Shown here: piece by piece, positions 49,945 through 59,970 of the stretch
How positions within the stretch are numbered: position 1 is the stretch's first letter
Layout of the letters: each line of letters opens with the position of its first letter
NCBI GenBank assembly: GCA_965243745.1
Contig: CBDEVR010000002.1
Coordinates: forward strand, 1,108,226-1,172,225
Reading direction: 5' to 3'
Source: Dehalococcoidia bacterium
GTDB taxonomy: Bacteria > Chloroflexota > Dehalococcoidia > Lucifugimonadales > Australimonadaceae
DNA: 64,000 nucleotides
Translations under genes and position numbers: made by a program
Notes under the pieces: generated by a model
Seen by the model: only the letters and a program-made list of their open reading frames with translations
The model's database searches: none
What the model was told of the DNA's origin: nothing

Positions 49945-50418
49945 GTGACGGTTCCTGTCGAGATCACCATCAACGGGAAGGCCTGCGCCGGAGAGGTGGA
50001 GGAGAGGCAACTGCTCGTCCATTTCATCCGGGAGAACGCGGGACTGACCGGGACGAAAGTGGGGTGCGACACCAGCCAGTGCGGCACGTGCACCGTGCAG
50101 CTGGACGGCGTCTCAGCCAAGTCGTGCACGGTGCTCACCGTGCAGGCGTCCGGCTCCTCGGTCACGACGATCGAGGGCATCTCGGACGGCGTGGACCTGC
50201 ACCCGCTGCAGGAGGCGTTCTGGAACAACCACGGGCTGCAATGCGGCTTCTGCACGCCGGGCATGATCATGGCGGCGAACGAGCTGCTCAGCAAGAACCC
50301 GTCCCCAACGCGTGAGGAGATACGCCACGGGTTGGAGGGCAACATCTGCCGGTGCACCGGCTATCAGAACATCGTCAGCGCCGTCGAAGACGCCGCCAGG
50401 GCGATGGGAGGGAGGTAA
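49945..50418 (+). CDS. coxS: (2Fe-2S)-binding small subunit of a xanthine-dehydrogenase-family molybdoenzyme (CoxS-like)
   Basis: [20 protein letters not shown] and CRCTGY cluster motifs. GTG at 49945 after SD gggaggagg. Confidence 0.9.
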   Translation: MTVPVEITINGKACAGEVEERQLLVHFIRENAGLTGTKVGCDTSQCGTCTVQLDGVSAKSCTVLTVQASGSSVTTIEGISDGVDLHPLQEAFWNNHGLQCGFCTPGMIMAANELLSKNPSPTREEIRHGLEGNICRCTGYQNIVSAVEDAARAMGGR

Positions 50419-50421
50419 GCC

Positions 50422-52776
50422 ATGACCACTCGGATATTCGGTTCCGGCATCCGCCGTCGTGAAGACCCCCGGCTCATCACGGGCCGCGCGTCCTACACCG
50501 ACGACATCAAGCTGCCGGGGACGCTCCACGCGGCGATCCTCCGCAGCCCCTACGCCCACGCGAACATCAGGTCGGTTGACGCCAGCGGCGCGGCCGGCCA
50601 GCCCGGCGTCGTCGCCGTCTACACCGGCGAGGACACTGACGGCGTGCTGAACGGCCTGCCCTGCGCGTGGCTGATCCCGGGCTCCGACCTGAAGACGCCA
50701 GCCCATCCCCCCATCGCGAAGGACAAGGTGCGCTACGTCGGCGACGCCGTCGCGGTCGTGGTCGCGGAGACGCGCTACCAGGCCGAGGACGCGCTGGAGC
50801 AGATCGCGGTCGACTACGAGCCGCTGGACGTCGTCGTCAGCCCGAAGGCGGCCGCGCAGGACGGTGCGCCGCAGCTCCACGATGACGTGCCGAACAACAT
50901 CGCTTTCACGTGGGCCCTCGCCGGAGGCGACGCGGACGCGGCGTTCGCGGATGCGGCAGTCACCGTCAGCGACGTCATCACGCTCCCGCGGCTCATCGCG
51001 AACCCGATGGAGCCGCGCTCGGCGCTCGCCCAGTGGAGCACGGCGACCGGCGAACTGACGCTCTGGAACACGTCGCAGAACCCGCATATCGCGCGGTTCC
51101 TCACCTGTGTGGTGACGGGCGTGCCTGAGCACAAGATACGCGTCATCGCGCCCGAGGTCGGCGGCGGGTTCGGGAGCAAGATCCCGTACTACGCCGACGA
51201 GGCCATCACCGCGTTCTGCTCGATGAAGCTGGGCGTGCCGGTCAAGTGGACGGAGACGCGCAGCGAGAATTACCTGATAACGACGCAGGGCCGCGACCAC
51301 ATCGAAGAGGTGGAGATGGCGGCCACGAGCGACGGCGTCATCACCGGCCTCCGCACCACCGTCTACGCGGGCATGGGCGGATACCTCTCGACCGCCGCCC
51401 CGGGCGTCCCCACCATCCTGCACGGGCTGATGTACTCCGGCCCCTACAACATCCCCAACATCAGCGGCACGGTCTACGGCGTGTTCAACAACGGCGCGCC
51501 GGTAGACGCCTACCGCGGCGCGGGCCGCCCGGAGGCAACGATGCTCCTGGAGCGCCTGGTCGACCTGGTCGCAGCGGCGGTCGGACAGGACCCCGCGGAG
51601 GTGCGCCGCAAGAACCTGATACCGAAGTTCGAGAACGGCCACGACGTCGCCACCGGCATCACCTACGACAGCGGCGACTACGAGTCAGCGTTGGACTCCT
51701 GCCTGAGCGCAGCGGGCTACGAAGCACTGCGCGCAGAGCAGGCGCAGGCGCGAGCGGATGGCCGCTGCGTCGGCGTCGGCGTCTCCTCCTACGTCGAGAT
51801 ATGCGGCCTCGGCCCGTCCCAGGTGGCGGGCGCGGTCGGTTTCCAGGGCGGTCTCTGGGAGAGCGCCATCATCCGCTTCTATCCCACGGGCAAGGCCAAT
51901 GTCATGGTCGGCTCCTCCCCGCACGGACAGGGCGAGGAGACGACGTTCGCCCAGATCGTCGCGGGCGAGCTCGGCGTGGAGGTCGACGACGTGGAAGTCA
52001 TCCACGGCGACACCGACAACACCCCGATGGGATGGGGCACGTACGGCAGCCGCACCACGGCGGTTTCCGGCGCGGCGATCGCGGTCGCCGCGCGCAAGAT
52101 CAAGGAGAAGTCGCGGGCGCTTGCCGCGCACCTGCTCGAAGCCGCACCCGAGGACATCGAGTATGAGGATGGGCGCTTCTACGTTCGTGGGTCTCCCGAC
52201 CAGCACAAGACGATCCAGGACATCGCGCTCATGGCCAACGTCGCGTGGAACATGCCTGAGGGCATGGAGCCCGGTCTGGAGGCGAGCGCGTTCTACGACC
52301 CGCCCAACTTCACCTACCCGTTCGGCGCGCACGTCGCCGTCGTGGAGGTGGACCCGGAGACGGGCAGCATCGACCTCCAGCGCTATGTCGCAGTGGACGA
52401 CTGCGGCGTGCAGATCAACCCCATGATCGTGGAGGGGCAGGTGCACGGCGGCGTCGTACAGGGCGTCGGCCCGGCGCTCTGGGAAGGCGCGGTCTACGAC
52501 GACGACGGGCAGCTCGTAACCGGCTCGATGCTGGACTACGCGCTGCCCCGCGCGGACCTGCTGCCGGACATCGAGGTCTCGTCCAACACGACGCCCTCGC
52601 CGCACCACCCTCTGGGGGTGAAGGGCATCGGCGAGGCGGGCACCATCGCGTCCACGCCCACCGTCTACAACGCGGTGATGGACGCGCTGCGCCCCCTGGG
52701 CGTTACCCGCGTAGACATGCCGTTGACGCCGGAGAAGGTCTGGCGCGCGATCAACGACGCACGGAACGGAGGCTAG
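50422..52776 (+). CDS. molybdopterin-binding large subunit, form II CoxL-like (AYRGAGR active-site loop)
   Basis: 784 aa aldehyde oxidase/xanthine dehydrogenase fold. The active-site loop VDAYRGAGRPE is at 51508-51528, not the AYxCSFR of bona fide CO dehydrogenases. Confidence 0.9.
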   Translation: MTTRIFGSGIRRREDPRLITGRASYTDDIKLPGTLHAAILRSPYAHANIRSVDASGAAGQPGVVAVYTGEDTDGVLNGLPCAWLIPGSDLKTPAHPPIAKDKVRYVGDAVAVVVAETRYQAEDALEQIAVDYEPLDVVVSPKAAAQDGAPQLHDDVPNNIAFTWALAGGDADAAFADAAVTVSDVITLPRLIANPMEPRSALAQWSTATGELTLWNTSQNPHIARFLTCVVTGVPEHKIRVIAPEVGGGFGSKIPYYADEAITAFCSMKLGVPVKWTETRSENYLITTQGRDHIEEVEMAATSDGVITGLRTTVYAGMGGYLSTAAPGVPTILHGLMYSGPYNIPNISGTVYGVFNNGAPVDAYRGAGRPEATMLLERLVDLVAAAVGQDPAEVRRKNLIPKFENGHDVATGITYDSGDYESALDSCLSAAGYEALRAEQAQARADGRCVGVGVSSYVEICGLGPSQVAGAVGFQGGLWESAIIRFYPTGKANVMVGSSPHGQGEETTFAQIVAGELGVEVDDVEVIHGDTDNTPMGWGTYGSRTTAVSGAAIAVAARKIKEKSRALAAHLLEAAPEDIEYEDGRFYVRGSPDQHKTIQDIALMANVAWNMPEGMEPGLEASAFYDPPNFTYPFGAHVAVVEVDPETGSIDLQRYVAVDDCGVQINPMIVEGQVHGGVVQGVGPALWEGAVYDDDGQLVTGSMLDYALPRADLLPDIEVSSNTTPSPHHPLGVKGIGEAGTIASTPTVYNAVMDALRPLGVTRVDMPLTPEKVWRAINDARNGG

Positions 52777-52779
52777 GCC

Positions 52780-53646
52780 ATGTTTCCAGCACAGATCACC
52801 TACCACCGCGCGGGCTCCGTAGCCGAGGCGGTGCAACTGCTCTCCGACAACGAGGGCGCGAAACTCCTGGCGGGTGGGCACAGCCTCCTCCCGCTGATGA
52901 AGCTGCGGCTCGCGGCGCCCGCGGTCCTCGTGGACATCGGGCGCATCGAGGCGCTCAAGGGCGTCTCGGCCAGCGGCGGCGGCATCACCATCGGCGCGCT
53001 CACGACGCACGCGGAGATCGCCTCGTCCGACCTCGTGCAGCAGCACGCCCCGGTGCTCGCCGAGGCTGCCGCACTCGTCGGCGACCCGGCGGTACGGAAT
53101 CGGGGCACCATCGGCGGCAGCGTCTCCCACGCCGACCCCGCATCCGACCAGCCGACCGTCCTCACGGCGCTGGGCGCGACGTTCAACGTGACAGGGCCGG
53201 GAGGCGACCGCAGCATCGCCGCAGCCGATTTCGCGACCGGCCTGCTGGAGAACGCGCTGGCGGAGAACGAGGTGCTCACGAGCATCTCGGTGCCGTCGGT
53301 CCCGTCCGGCGCGGGTTCGGCGTACGTCAAGTTCCCGCACCCGGCGTCGCGCTACGCCGTGGTCGGCGCCGCCGCGGTGCTCGCGGTGAGCGGCGGCGCG
53401 TGCTCGTCGGCGAGCGTCGTGGTCGGCGGCGTCGAAACGACGCCGGCGCGGGCGGCGTCCGTCGAGGCGGCGCTGGCGGGCTCGGACCTTAGCGACGCCG
53501 CGCTGGACGCCGCGGCGGCGGCGGTCGGGGGCGACCTGAACGGCGACCCGATGGGCGACGTGTTCGCCTCCGCCGAGTACCGCAGGGCGATGGCGGCGGT
53601 GTACGTGCGCCGCGCGCTCGGCGCTGCGGCGTCGCGCGCGGGCTGA
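52780..53646 (+). CDS. coxM: FAD-binding medium subunit (CoxM-like)
   Basis: AGGHSLLPLMKLR, TIGGSV and YVKF blocks. Confidence 0.9.
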   Translation: MFPAQITYHRAGSVAEAVQLLSDNEGAKLLAGGHSLLPLMKLRLAAPAVLVDIGRIEALKGVSASGGGITIGALTTHAEIASSDLVQQHAPVLAEAAALVGDPAVRNRGTIGGSVSHADPASDQPTVLTALGATFNVTGPGGDRSIAAADFATGLLENALAENEVLTSISVPSVPSGAGSAYVKFPHPASRYAVVGAAAVLAVSGGACSSASVVVGGVETTPARAASVEAALAGSDLSDAALDAAAAAVGGDLNGDPMGDVFASAEYRRAMAAVYVRRALGAAASRAG

Positions 53647-53676
53647 CGGCCCCGCCGGCAACGAAGCAGAGAACGG

Positions 53677-53703
53677 CAGGGGGCGGCTTCGGCTCGCCCC
53701 CTG
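53677..53703 (+). other. 9-bp GC-rich hairpin between coxM and the MoxR gene
   Basis: cagggggcg gcttcggct cgccccctg with no T-tract. Possible intra-operon attenuator or stabiliser. Confidence 0.3.
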
Positions 53704-53742
53704 CGCATCTCCGAGCGAAACGAGATTCCGGAGGACACCCAC

Positions 53743-54681
53743 TTGGACGAAACGCGCACCGACTCCGCGCCTGCGTCCGTCGACGAACTGCAGCAGGCGC
53801 TTCGCGGCGAGTTGTACGTCGCAGACCGCGCGCTGGCAATGTCGGTCTACCTCGCGCTGACCTTGAAGCGCCCGCTCTTCCTCGAGGGCGAGGCGGGCGT
53901 CGGCAAGACGGAGGTTGCCAAGGTGCTGGCGTCGGCGCTCGGCGCTCGCCTGATCCGGCTCCAGTGCTACGAGGGGCTGGACGTGAGCCAGGCCGTCTAC
54001 GAGTGGAACTACTCGAGGCAACTGCTGCACATCCGGTTGCTCGAGGCGTCCGGCGACGTCGACCGGACGACGGCGGAGCGCGAGCTGTTCAGCGAGGAGT
54101 TCCTCATAAAGCGGCCGCTCCTGCAGGCGCTCGATGGAAACGAAGGCCCCGTCGTGCTCCTGATCGACGAGTTGGACAGGGCCGACGAGGAGTTCGAGGG
54201 CTACCTGCTGGAGATGCTCTCCGACTTCCAGATCACGATACCGGAGGTCGGCACATACACGGCTGACGAGCCGCCCGTCGTCGTCATCACGTCCAACCGT
54301 ACGCGGGAGATACACGACGCGCTCAAGCGCCGCTGCCTCTACTACTGGATCGACTACCCGGACCTCGACAAGGAGACGCAGATCGTGCGGAGCAAGGTGC
54401 CGCAGGCGTCGCAGAAGCTCGCGGGACAGGTCGCGGCGTTCGTCCAGGAGTTGCGCGGCACGGAGCTGTACAAGGTGCCGGGCGTCGCCGAGACGCTCGA
54501 CTGGACGGCGGCGCTCGTGAGCCTGAATGAGACCGAACTGAACCCGGACGTTATCGACGACACGCTCGGCATCATGCTCAAGTACCGCGAGGACGTGCAG
54601 TCGGTGCGCGGCGAGCAGACGCGCGCGCTGCTGAACCGCGCGATGAACCGCGGCACGCAGCGCGGGGGCAGGCGTGGCTGA
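53743..54681 (+). CDS. coxD: MoxR-like AAA+ ATPase (CoxD-like)
   Basis: Walker A GEAGVGKT and Walker B LLIDELDRA. TTG start 7 nt after SD ggagga. Confidence 0.88.
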   Translation: MDETRTDSAPASVDELQQALRGELYVADRALAMSVYLALTLKRPLFLEGEAGVGKTEVAKVLASALGARLIRLQCYEGLDVSQAVYEWNYSRQLLHIRLLEASGDVDRTTAERELFSEEFLIKRPLLQALDGNEGPVVLLIDELDRADEEFEGYLLEMLSDFQITIPEVGTYTADEPPVVVITSNRTREIHDALKRRCLYYWIDYPDLDKETQIVRSKVPQASQKLAGQVAAFVQELRGTELYKVPGVAETLDWTAALVSLNETELNPDVIDDTLGIMLKYREDVQSVRGEQTRALLNRAMNRGTQRGGRRG

Positions 54682-56011
54682 CGCCCCGGACGGCTACATC
54701 CTCGGCAACCTCCTCCTCTTCGGACGGCTGCTCCGGCGGCTCGGTCTCGACGTGCACGTCGGGCGGATGCTGGACGCCATCCGCGTGCTGGAGGACATCG
54801 GACTCGAACGGCGGGGCGACGTGCGCGCGGCGCTGCGGACGCTGCTCGTGCACCGCAAGGACGACCTTCCTCTGTTCGACGAGGCGTTCGACGTATTCTG
54901 GCGTCAGCGCAAGGACAGCACCTCGACGATGGACCTGCGCTCGATGGGCGAGCAGCGCCGCTACCGCAGGCCGTCCGCCGGGCCGCCCGCGCCGGGCAGG
55001 GAGCCGGACGACTCCGCCGAGCCCGCAGACCCCGACGAGGGTTTCGACCGCATCGACCTCACTCGCACGTTCAGCGCGCGGGAGGTGCTGCGCACGCGGG
55101 ACTTCGCGGAGTTCACGCCGGAGGAGATGCTGGAGGCGCGGCAACTCATGGCCTCGCTCCAGTGGGACCCCGGCCTCCGGCGTACGCGGCGCAAGGAGCC
55201 CGGCAGAGGGCCGGGGCTGGACGTGCGCAGGACGCTGCGTCACAACGCGCGGTACGGCGGGGAGCTCGTGCGGTTGGAGACGCGGCGCCGCAAGGAGAAG
55301 CCGCGCAGGCTGCTGGTGGTCTGCGACGTGAGTGGCTCCATGGAGCGCTACACGCGGATGCTGCTGCACTTCATCCACAGCCTCTACGCGGGGCTCGACA
55401 ACCGGATCGAGGCGTTCCTGTTCGCCACGCAGCTCACGCGCATCACGAAGCACTTGGGCCAACGCGACATCGACCGCGCCGTCTCGGAGGTAGCGAAGGC
55501 CGTGCCGGACTGGTCCGGCGGCACGCGCATCGGCGACGTGCTCAAGGAGTTCAACTTCCGCTGGGCGCGGCGGACGCTCGGCTGGGGCTCCATCGTCCTC
55601 ATCGTGTCGGACGGCTGGGACCGCGGCGAGCCGGAGCTGCTGGGGCGGGAGATGGCGCGGCTGCAGCGCAGCTGCAACCGACTGATATGGCTGAACCCGC
55701 TGGCGGGCAACGAGGACTACGAGCCGCTGACGGTGGGGATGCAGGCTGCCGCGCCGTACATCGACGACCTGCTGCCGGTGAACAACCTCGCTGCCCTGTT
55801 CGACCTCGCCGATCATTTGAACGGCCTCTCCCAGAGCCGTCCGGTGCGCCAGCAGCAGACGTTGCCAACCACGGAGGAGGAAGCACCCGTCGCCACGCCC
55901 CCAGCGCCGCAGCAACGCTCGTGGCACGCCAGCGCGAACCCCACGTTCCGTCATCCGATGTGGGGTCGCGGCGAGCCGCGGAACGGCGGGCCGCCCTACG
56001 CTGAAGGGTAA
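54674..56011 (+). CDS. coxE: VWA domain-containing CoxE-like protein
   Basis: MIDAS VVCDVSGSM and IVSDGWD. Overlaps the ATPase gene end by 8 nt. Confidence 0.85.
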   Translation: MADAPDGYILGNLLLFGRLLRRLGLDVHVGRMLDAIRVLEDIGLERRGDVRAALRTLLVHRKDDLPLFDEAFDVFWRQRKDSTSTMDLRSMGEQRRYRRPSAGPPAPGREPDDSAEPADPDEGFDRIDLTRTFSAREVLRTRDFAEFTPEEMLEARQLMASLQWDPGLRRTRRKEPGRGPGLDVRRTLRHNARYGGELVRLETRRRKEKPRRLLVVCDVSGSMERYTRMLLHFIHSLYAGLDNRIEAFLFATQLTRITKHLGQRDIDRAVSEVAKAVPDWSGGTRIGDVLKEFNFRWARRTLGWGSIVLIVSDGWDRGEPELLGREMARLQRSCNRLIWLNPLAGNEDYEPLTVGMQAAAPYIDDLLPVNNLAALFDLADHLNGLSQSRPVRQQQTLPTTEEEAPVATPPAPQQRSWHASANPTFRHPMWGRGEPRNGGPPYAEG

Positions 56012-57093
56012 AACCCCTTGTCGTACCAGGAGGTGAGGTCGCTGCCGAACCACTCGGTGGGGATCTCCTGTCCGACGCCGGCCGCGACCGCCTTGCGGTA
56101 GATGAGCGCACCCGCCGCGGCCATCTGAATCCCCATGCCGGTGCTGTTCTTGTAGTAGACGATGTCGCCCGGCTGTGCCTCCAGCGCGGTCGTTCCGGCA
56201 ACCACCTCGCCCAGCGTGCATATCCTGTCCCACGACACCAACCCCTGCTCGATAGGGTCGAGCAGCTCGACCTGGTTGTTCGAGTAGACGCTGTCACGGT
56301 CGTTGATGCAGATGAAGGCGCTGCGGACGAACGTTGTGTCGTCCACCTCGGACTTCTTGAAGTTGGCGTCGCTGTTCTGCAGCGAGATGACGAACTGCCC
56401 CGGCTCCAGCCAGTCGCCGTCGAAGACCGGCTTGCCGCTCACGTAGCCCGCGTTCGTCGCGCAGCAGACGATCTCGGTACCCTCCATCGCCTCGCGCGGG
56501 TTATCCACGGGCGTGACCTCGATCTCCAGCTGCTGCGACATCTCGCTGGCGAACTCCTCGCGGTGCTCCTTCGTGGGGCTGTAGACCTTCACGCTCCGCA
56601 CTGGCCGCACCTGCACGAGCGCCTCCAGGTCCGTCCGCGCCAGCTTCCCGCTGCCGAACATGCCGACCGTCTGCGCGTTCGGCGGCGCGAGGTACTTCGC
56701 CGCGACGCCCGAGGTCGCTCCGACGCGAATACCCGACAGGTAGAACTCGTGGATGAAGGCGAGCGGCCGTCCGGTCTGCATGTCGATGAGGACGATGAAG
56801 CCCCAGTTGCGATTGTCGAACTTGGGCGAGCGCTCGCCCTGCGCGTTCGGCTTCGTGCTGCGTGCGCTCCCACCGATGCGTATCGCCGCGGCATCATACG
56901 AGGGCGTCGTGCCGATATGGATGTTCGACCCGTACACCTTGTCGGGGTCCGTCGTGGGACTGATGTAGCGGATGCGGGGGATGTTCACGGCCCCGCTGAG
57001 GGCGTGGTCGCGGTAGGCCGTCTCCATCGCCTCGATGCAGTCGGCCATCGGGTGCACACGTGCAACGTCTTCGTCGGTCAACACCAGCGTCAT
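55996..57093 (-). CDS. ornithine cyclodeaminase / mu-crystallin family protein
   Basis: 365 aa. Rossmann segment VGMFGSGKLAR plus overall OCD-family layout. Assigned from memory of the family; not a strong motif match. Confidence 0.7.
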   Translation of the reverse strand: MTLVLTDEDVARVHPMADCIEAMETAYRDHALSGAVNIPRIRYISPTTDPDKVYGSNIHIGTTPSYDAAAIRIGGSARSTKPNAQGERSPKFDNRNWGFIVLIDMQTGRPLAFIHEFYLSGIRVGATSGVAAKYLAPPNAQTVGMFGSGKLARTDLEALVQVRPVRSVKVYSPTKEHREEFASEMSQQLEIEVTPVDNPREAMEGTEIVCCATNAGYVSGKPVFDGDWLEPGQFVISLQNSDANFKKSEVDDTTFVRSAFICINDRDSVYSNNQVELLDPIEQGLVSWDRICTLGEVVAGTTALEAQPGDIVYYKNSTGMGIQMAAAGALIYRKAVAAGVGQEIPTEWFGSDLTSWYDKGFYPSA

Positions 57094-57134
57094 TCTGCGC
57101 CTCCATGTGAGCCTGAGCCCTTACCTGCGTCGGG

Positions 57135-57506
57135 TCAAACGTGCTGGTCCACCAGGATCGGGTTGCCGTCCGGGTCGATCGCCACGAAACTGGCCGGCCC
57201 TGTGCCGCTCTCGTCCGCTTCGCTCACCAGTTGCACGCCCTTCGCCTTCAGTTGCCGCTGCAACTCGCGCACGTCCGTGAAGGCGCGCAGCGGACGCGCC
57301 TGGCTGTCCCAGCCCGGATTGAACGTGAGGATGTTCTTGTCGAACATTCCCTGGAAGAGGCCGATGGTGTGGTCGCCGTTCCTGAGGATCTGCCAGCCCT
57401 CGGCAGGGTCGCCTCCGACGACCTCAAACCCGAACTGCTCGTAGAAGTCCCTGGAGACTGCGATATCCCCCACAGCCAGGCTGATCGAGAACGCGCCGAG
57501 TTCCAT
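57135..57506 (-). CDS. VOC (glyoxalase/bleomycin resistance) family protein
   Basis: About 123 aa beta-alpha-beta-beta-beta module ending DPDGNPILV. Start at ATG 57506 after SD gggagagagg. Confidence 0.75.
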   Translation of the reverse strand: MELGAFSISLAVGDIAVSRDFYEQFGFEVVGGDPAEGWQILRNGDHTIGLFQGMFDKNILTFNPGWDSQARPLRAFTDVRELQRQLKAKGVQLVSEADESGTGPASFVAIDPDGNPILVDQHV

Positions 57507-57525
57507 GTATCGCCTCTCTCCCACC

Positions 57526-58611
57526 CTAGTTCCCATGCGGCAGGATGACAGTCTTCACCTCGCGGAAGCCGGCCATGGCGTGCAGCGCGTCGGACGTCTC
57601 TTCAAGCGTGTATGGGCGCGACAGCATCCGCGCGAACGGCACCGATGCGCCCCGCGTCCGCAGGAACTCCAGCGCTTGGTGGTAGTGACGCCCCTCGCCG
57701 GAGCGTACGCTCACGATCGTCACCTGCTGGCCGAAGCCGTTGATCGATACCGGCCCGCCTCCGCCTCCGATGGAGAGGTAGCGCCCGCCGGGGCGCAAGA
57801 AACCCAGCCCCTCCGGGATGACCGCGAAGGAGACGCACTGGATCGCGACGTCCGCGCCGCGTCCCCCGGTGCGCTCCATCACCCACTCGTGCCGGTCCTT
57901 GGCGTCGGGCATCTCGCCGATGTCCAGCGTCTCGTCCGCTCCCCACGCCTCGGCGACGTCCAGCCGCACGCGCGGCGCGCCGATCACGAGCACGCGGCCG
58001 GCGCCACGGTCGCGTGCGACCGCTGACGCATACAGCCCGACGGGCCCCGACCCCTGCACGACGACCGTGTCGTGGGGGTAGATCGGCCCGAGCCGCTCGA
58101 AGCCGTGCATCACCGTGCGGAGCGCGCACGCGGAGGAGGCCGCCTGCGGCGACGTAACCTCGTCCGGTATGGGGATGATGGCGGTGCCCGGCGGGATGTA
58201 GTGGTACTCCGCGCAGCCGCCCAGCAGGTACGGCGGCTGGTCGGCGCGACCGCGCCCGAAGCGGATGCTGTCGTCGCAGAGCGAGGGCTGGTTCGACACG
58301 GAGCAGTAGAAGCAGTGTCCGCAGAAGCGGTAGGCGGAGACGATGCGGTCGCCCTCCTTGAGCGTATTCCCGTGCACGTCGTGCCGGTCGCCGTTGATGG
58401 CGACGATGCGCCCCGCAGTCTCGTGGCCGGGGATGTACGGCAGCATCTTCGGGTTCGCGGCGTTGTGCCAGATGTGCACGTCCGTCCCGCAGAGCGTCGC
58501 GGCCTCCACCTCCACCAGCATCCCGGTCGGCTCCAGGTCCGGCATCTGCACGTCGCGCATCTCGGTCGGTTCGTTGTAACCCGTGATAACGGCAGCCTTG
58601 CACGTCTCCAT
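57526..58611 (-). CDS. zinc-dependent alcohol dehydrogenase (MDR family)
   Basis: Catalytic CGTDVH...GHETAG, structural Zn site [16 protein letters not shown], and NAD fold VQGSGPVG. Start at ATG 58611 (METCKAAV). Confidence 0.88.
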   Translation of the reverse strand: METCKAAVITGYNEPTEMRDVQMPDLEPTGMLVEVEAATLCGTDVHIWHNAANPKMLPYIPGHETAGRIVAINGDRHDVHGNTLKEGDRIVSAYRFCGHCFYCSVSNQPSLCDDSIRFGRGRADQPPYLLGGCAEYHYIPPGTAIIPIPDEVTSPQAASSACALRTVMHGFERLGPIYPHDTVVVQGSGPVGLYASAVARDRGAGRVLVIGAPRVRLDVAEAWGADETLDIGEMPDAKDRHEWVMERTGGRGADVAIQCVSFAVIPEGLGFLRPGGRYLSIGGGGGPVSINGFGQQVTIVSVRSGEGRHYHQALEFLRTRGASVPFARMLSRPYTLEETSDALHAMAGFREVKTVILPHGN

Positions 58612-58672
58612 CGCGTCACCTCCGCTCCGAATGACTCTCGATTCCCCTCGGCGGTACTTTATCCCACCCCGC

Positions 58673-59890
58673 CTAACCGGTCGTGAACTTCGCCGCCTCC
58701 TCCGAGCCGCCCGTCGCGTCGCCCTCGCTGTACGAGTGCGCCCCCGTCCCCGCGAGGCCGCCTCCCTGCACGATGAGGTACTCCTCCCGGATGGGCCGTC
58801 CGTCGAACCAGCACTCCAGTATCTCGCGGACGCCCGCGGCATAGCGGGCCTGCGCCGAGAGCGAGGTGCCGGACGTGTGCGGGGTCATCGCGTGGTTGGG
58901 CATCGTCCGCCAGGGGTGGTCGTTGGGGGGCGGCTGTGGGAACCAGACGTCGCCCGCGTACCCTGCCAACTGGCCGCTCTCGAGCGCCCTGACGACGGCG
59001 TCCCGGTCGCAGATCTTGCCGCGTGCCGTGTTCACGATGTACGAACCGCGCTTCATCCTGCCGATGAGCGCGTCGTTGAACATGTGCTCCGTCTCCGGGT
59101 GCAGCGGACAGTGGATGCTGACCACGTCGCAGACGCTGACCAGCGACTCGACGGTCTCGTGGAACGTCAGGCCGAGTTCCTGTTCGACGTCGGTTGGGAG
59201 CCGGTGCCTGTCCGTGTAGTGGAGGTTCACGTCGAACGGCTTCATCCGCTTCAGCACGCCGAGCCCGATCCTTCCGGCTGCGACCACGCCCACGTCCATC
59301 CCCTCGATGTCGTACGAGCGGGAGACCGCGTCGGCGATGTTCCAGCCGCCCCTGACCACCCAGCCGTACTGCGGGATGTAGTCCCTGACCAGCGCCAGCA
59401 TCTGCATCACCGCGTGCTCCGCGACGCTGACGCTGTTGCACCACGTCACCTCGCACACCGTGATCCCCCGGTCGATGGCGGACTTCAAATCGACGTGGTC
59501 CGACCCGATGCCCGCGGTGACGGCCAGCTTGAGCCGGGGCGCCTTCTCTATGCGCTCGGCGGTCAGGTATCCGGGCCAGAACGGCTGCGAAATGACGATG
59601 TCCGCGTCCGGCAGCTCGCGTTCGAAGACCGAATCGGGGCCGTCCTTGTCCGAGGTCACGACGAACCGGTGCCCCCGCTCGGCGAGGAACCGCTCCAGCC
59701 CGAGTCCGCCCGAAACGGACCCGAGCAGGTGGCCGGGTGTGAAGTCCGTGCCGGTTGGCGAGGGCAGCGTCTGACCGTCCGGGTAGTGCGTGAGCGCGGG
59801 TATCTCTTCGCGCGCGTAGGCGGGCGGGAATCCTGCCACCGGATCGTCGTAGAGAACACACAGCACTTTCTGGGAAGAAGCGGTGCTCAT
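58673..59890 (-). CDS. fdh: NAD-dependent formate dehydrogenase
   Basis: KVLCVLYDDPV...GQTLPSPTGTDFTPGHLLGSVSGGLGL...VVTSDKDGPDSVFERELPDADIVISQPFWPGYLT...TAGIGSDHVDL is nearly collinear with classical Pseudomonas sp. 101-type FDH. Confidence 0.93.
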   Translation of the reverse strand: MSTASSQKVLCVLYDDPVAGFPPAYAREEIPALTHYPDGQTLPSPTGTDFTPGHLLGSVSGGLGLERFLAERGHRFVVTSDKDGPDSVFERELPDADIVISQPFWPGYLTAERIEKAPRLKLAVTAGIGSDHVDLKSAIDRGITVCEVTWCNSVSVAEHAVMQMLALVRDYIPQYGWVVRGGWNIADAVSRSYDIEGMDVGVVAAGRIGLGVLKRMKPFDVNLHYTDRHRLPTDVEQELGLTFHETVESLVSVCDVVSIHCPLHPETEHMFNDALIGRMKRGSYIVNTARGKICDRDAVVRALESGQLAGYAGDVWFPQPPPNDHPWRTMPNHAMTPHTSGTSLSAQARYAAGVREILECWFDGRPIREEYLIVQGGGLAGTGAHSYSEGDATGGSEEAAKFTTG

Positions 59891-59970
59891 GCCACACCTC
59901 CGCAGGTCTGTTCACGCACAGTGTATGCGGGGCTGCCTGCGCGGGAAACCGCGCTGCCGGTGAGGAGCGC

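Noticed and set aside
49945-53646. Annotating the CoxSLM genes as a genuine aerobic CO dehydrogenase
   Set aside because: The active-site loop is AYRGAGR (form II), not AYxCSFR. Only a generic molybdoenzyme call is justified.
51685-54315. 876-aa minus strand ORF
   Set aside because: It is antisense to coxL, coxM and coxD.
54578-56233. 551-aa minus strand ORF
   Set aside because: It is antisense to coxE and out of frame with the OCD gene.
58673-59890. Possibility of a selenocysteine- or molybdopterin-type formate dehydrogenase
   Set aside because: The sequence is the soluble NAD-dependent D-2-hydroxyacid-dehydrogenase-type FDH. It has no in-frame TGA and no Mo/W-bisPGD motifs.
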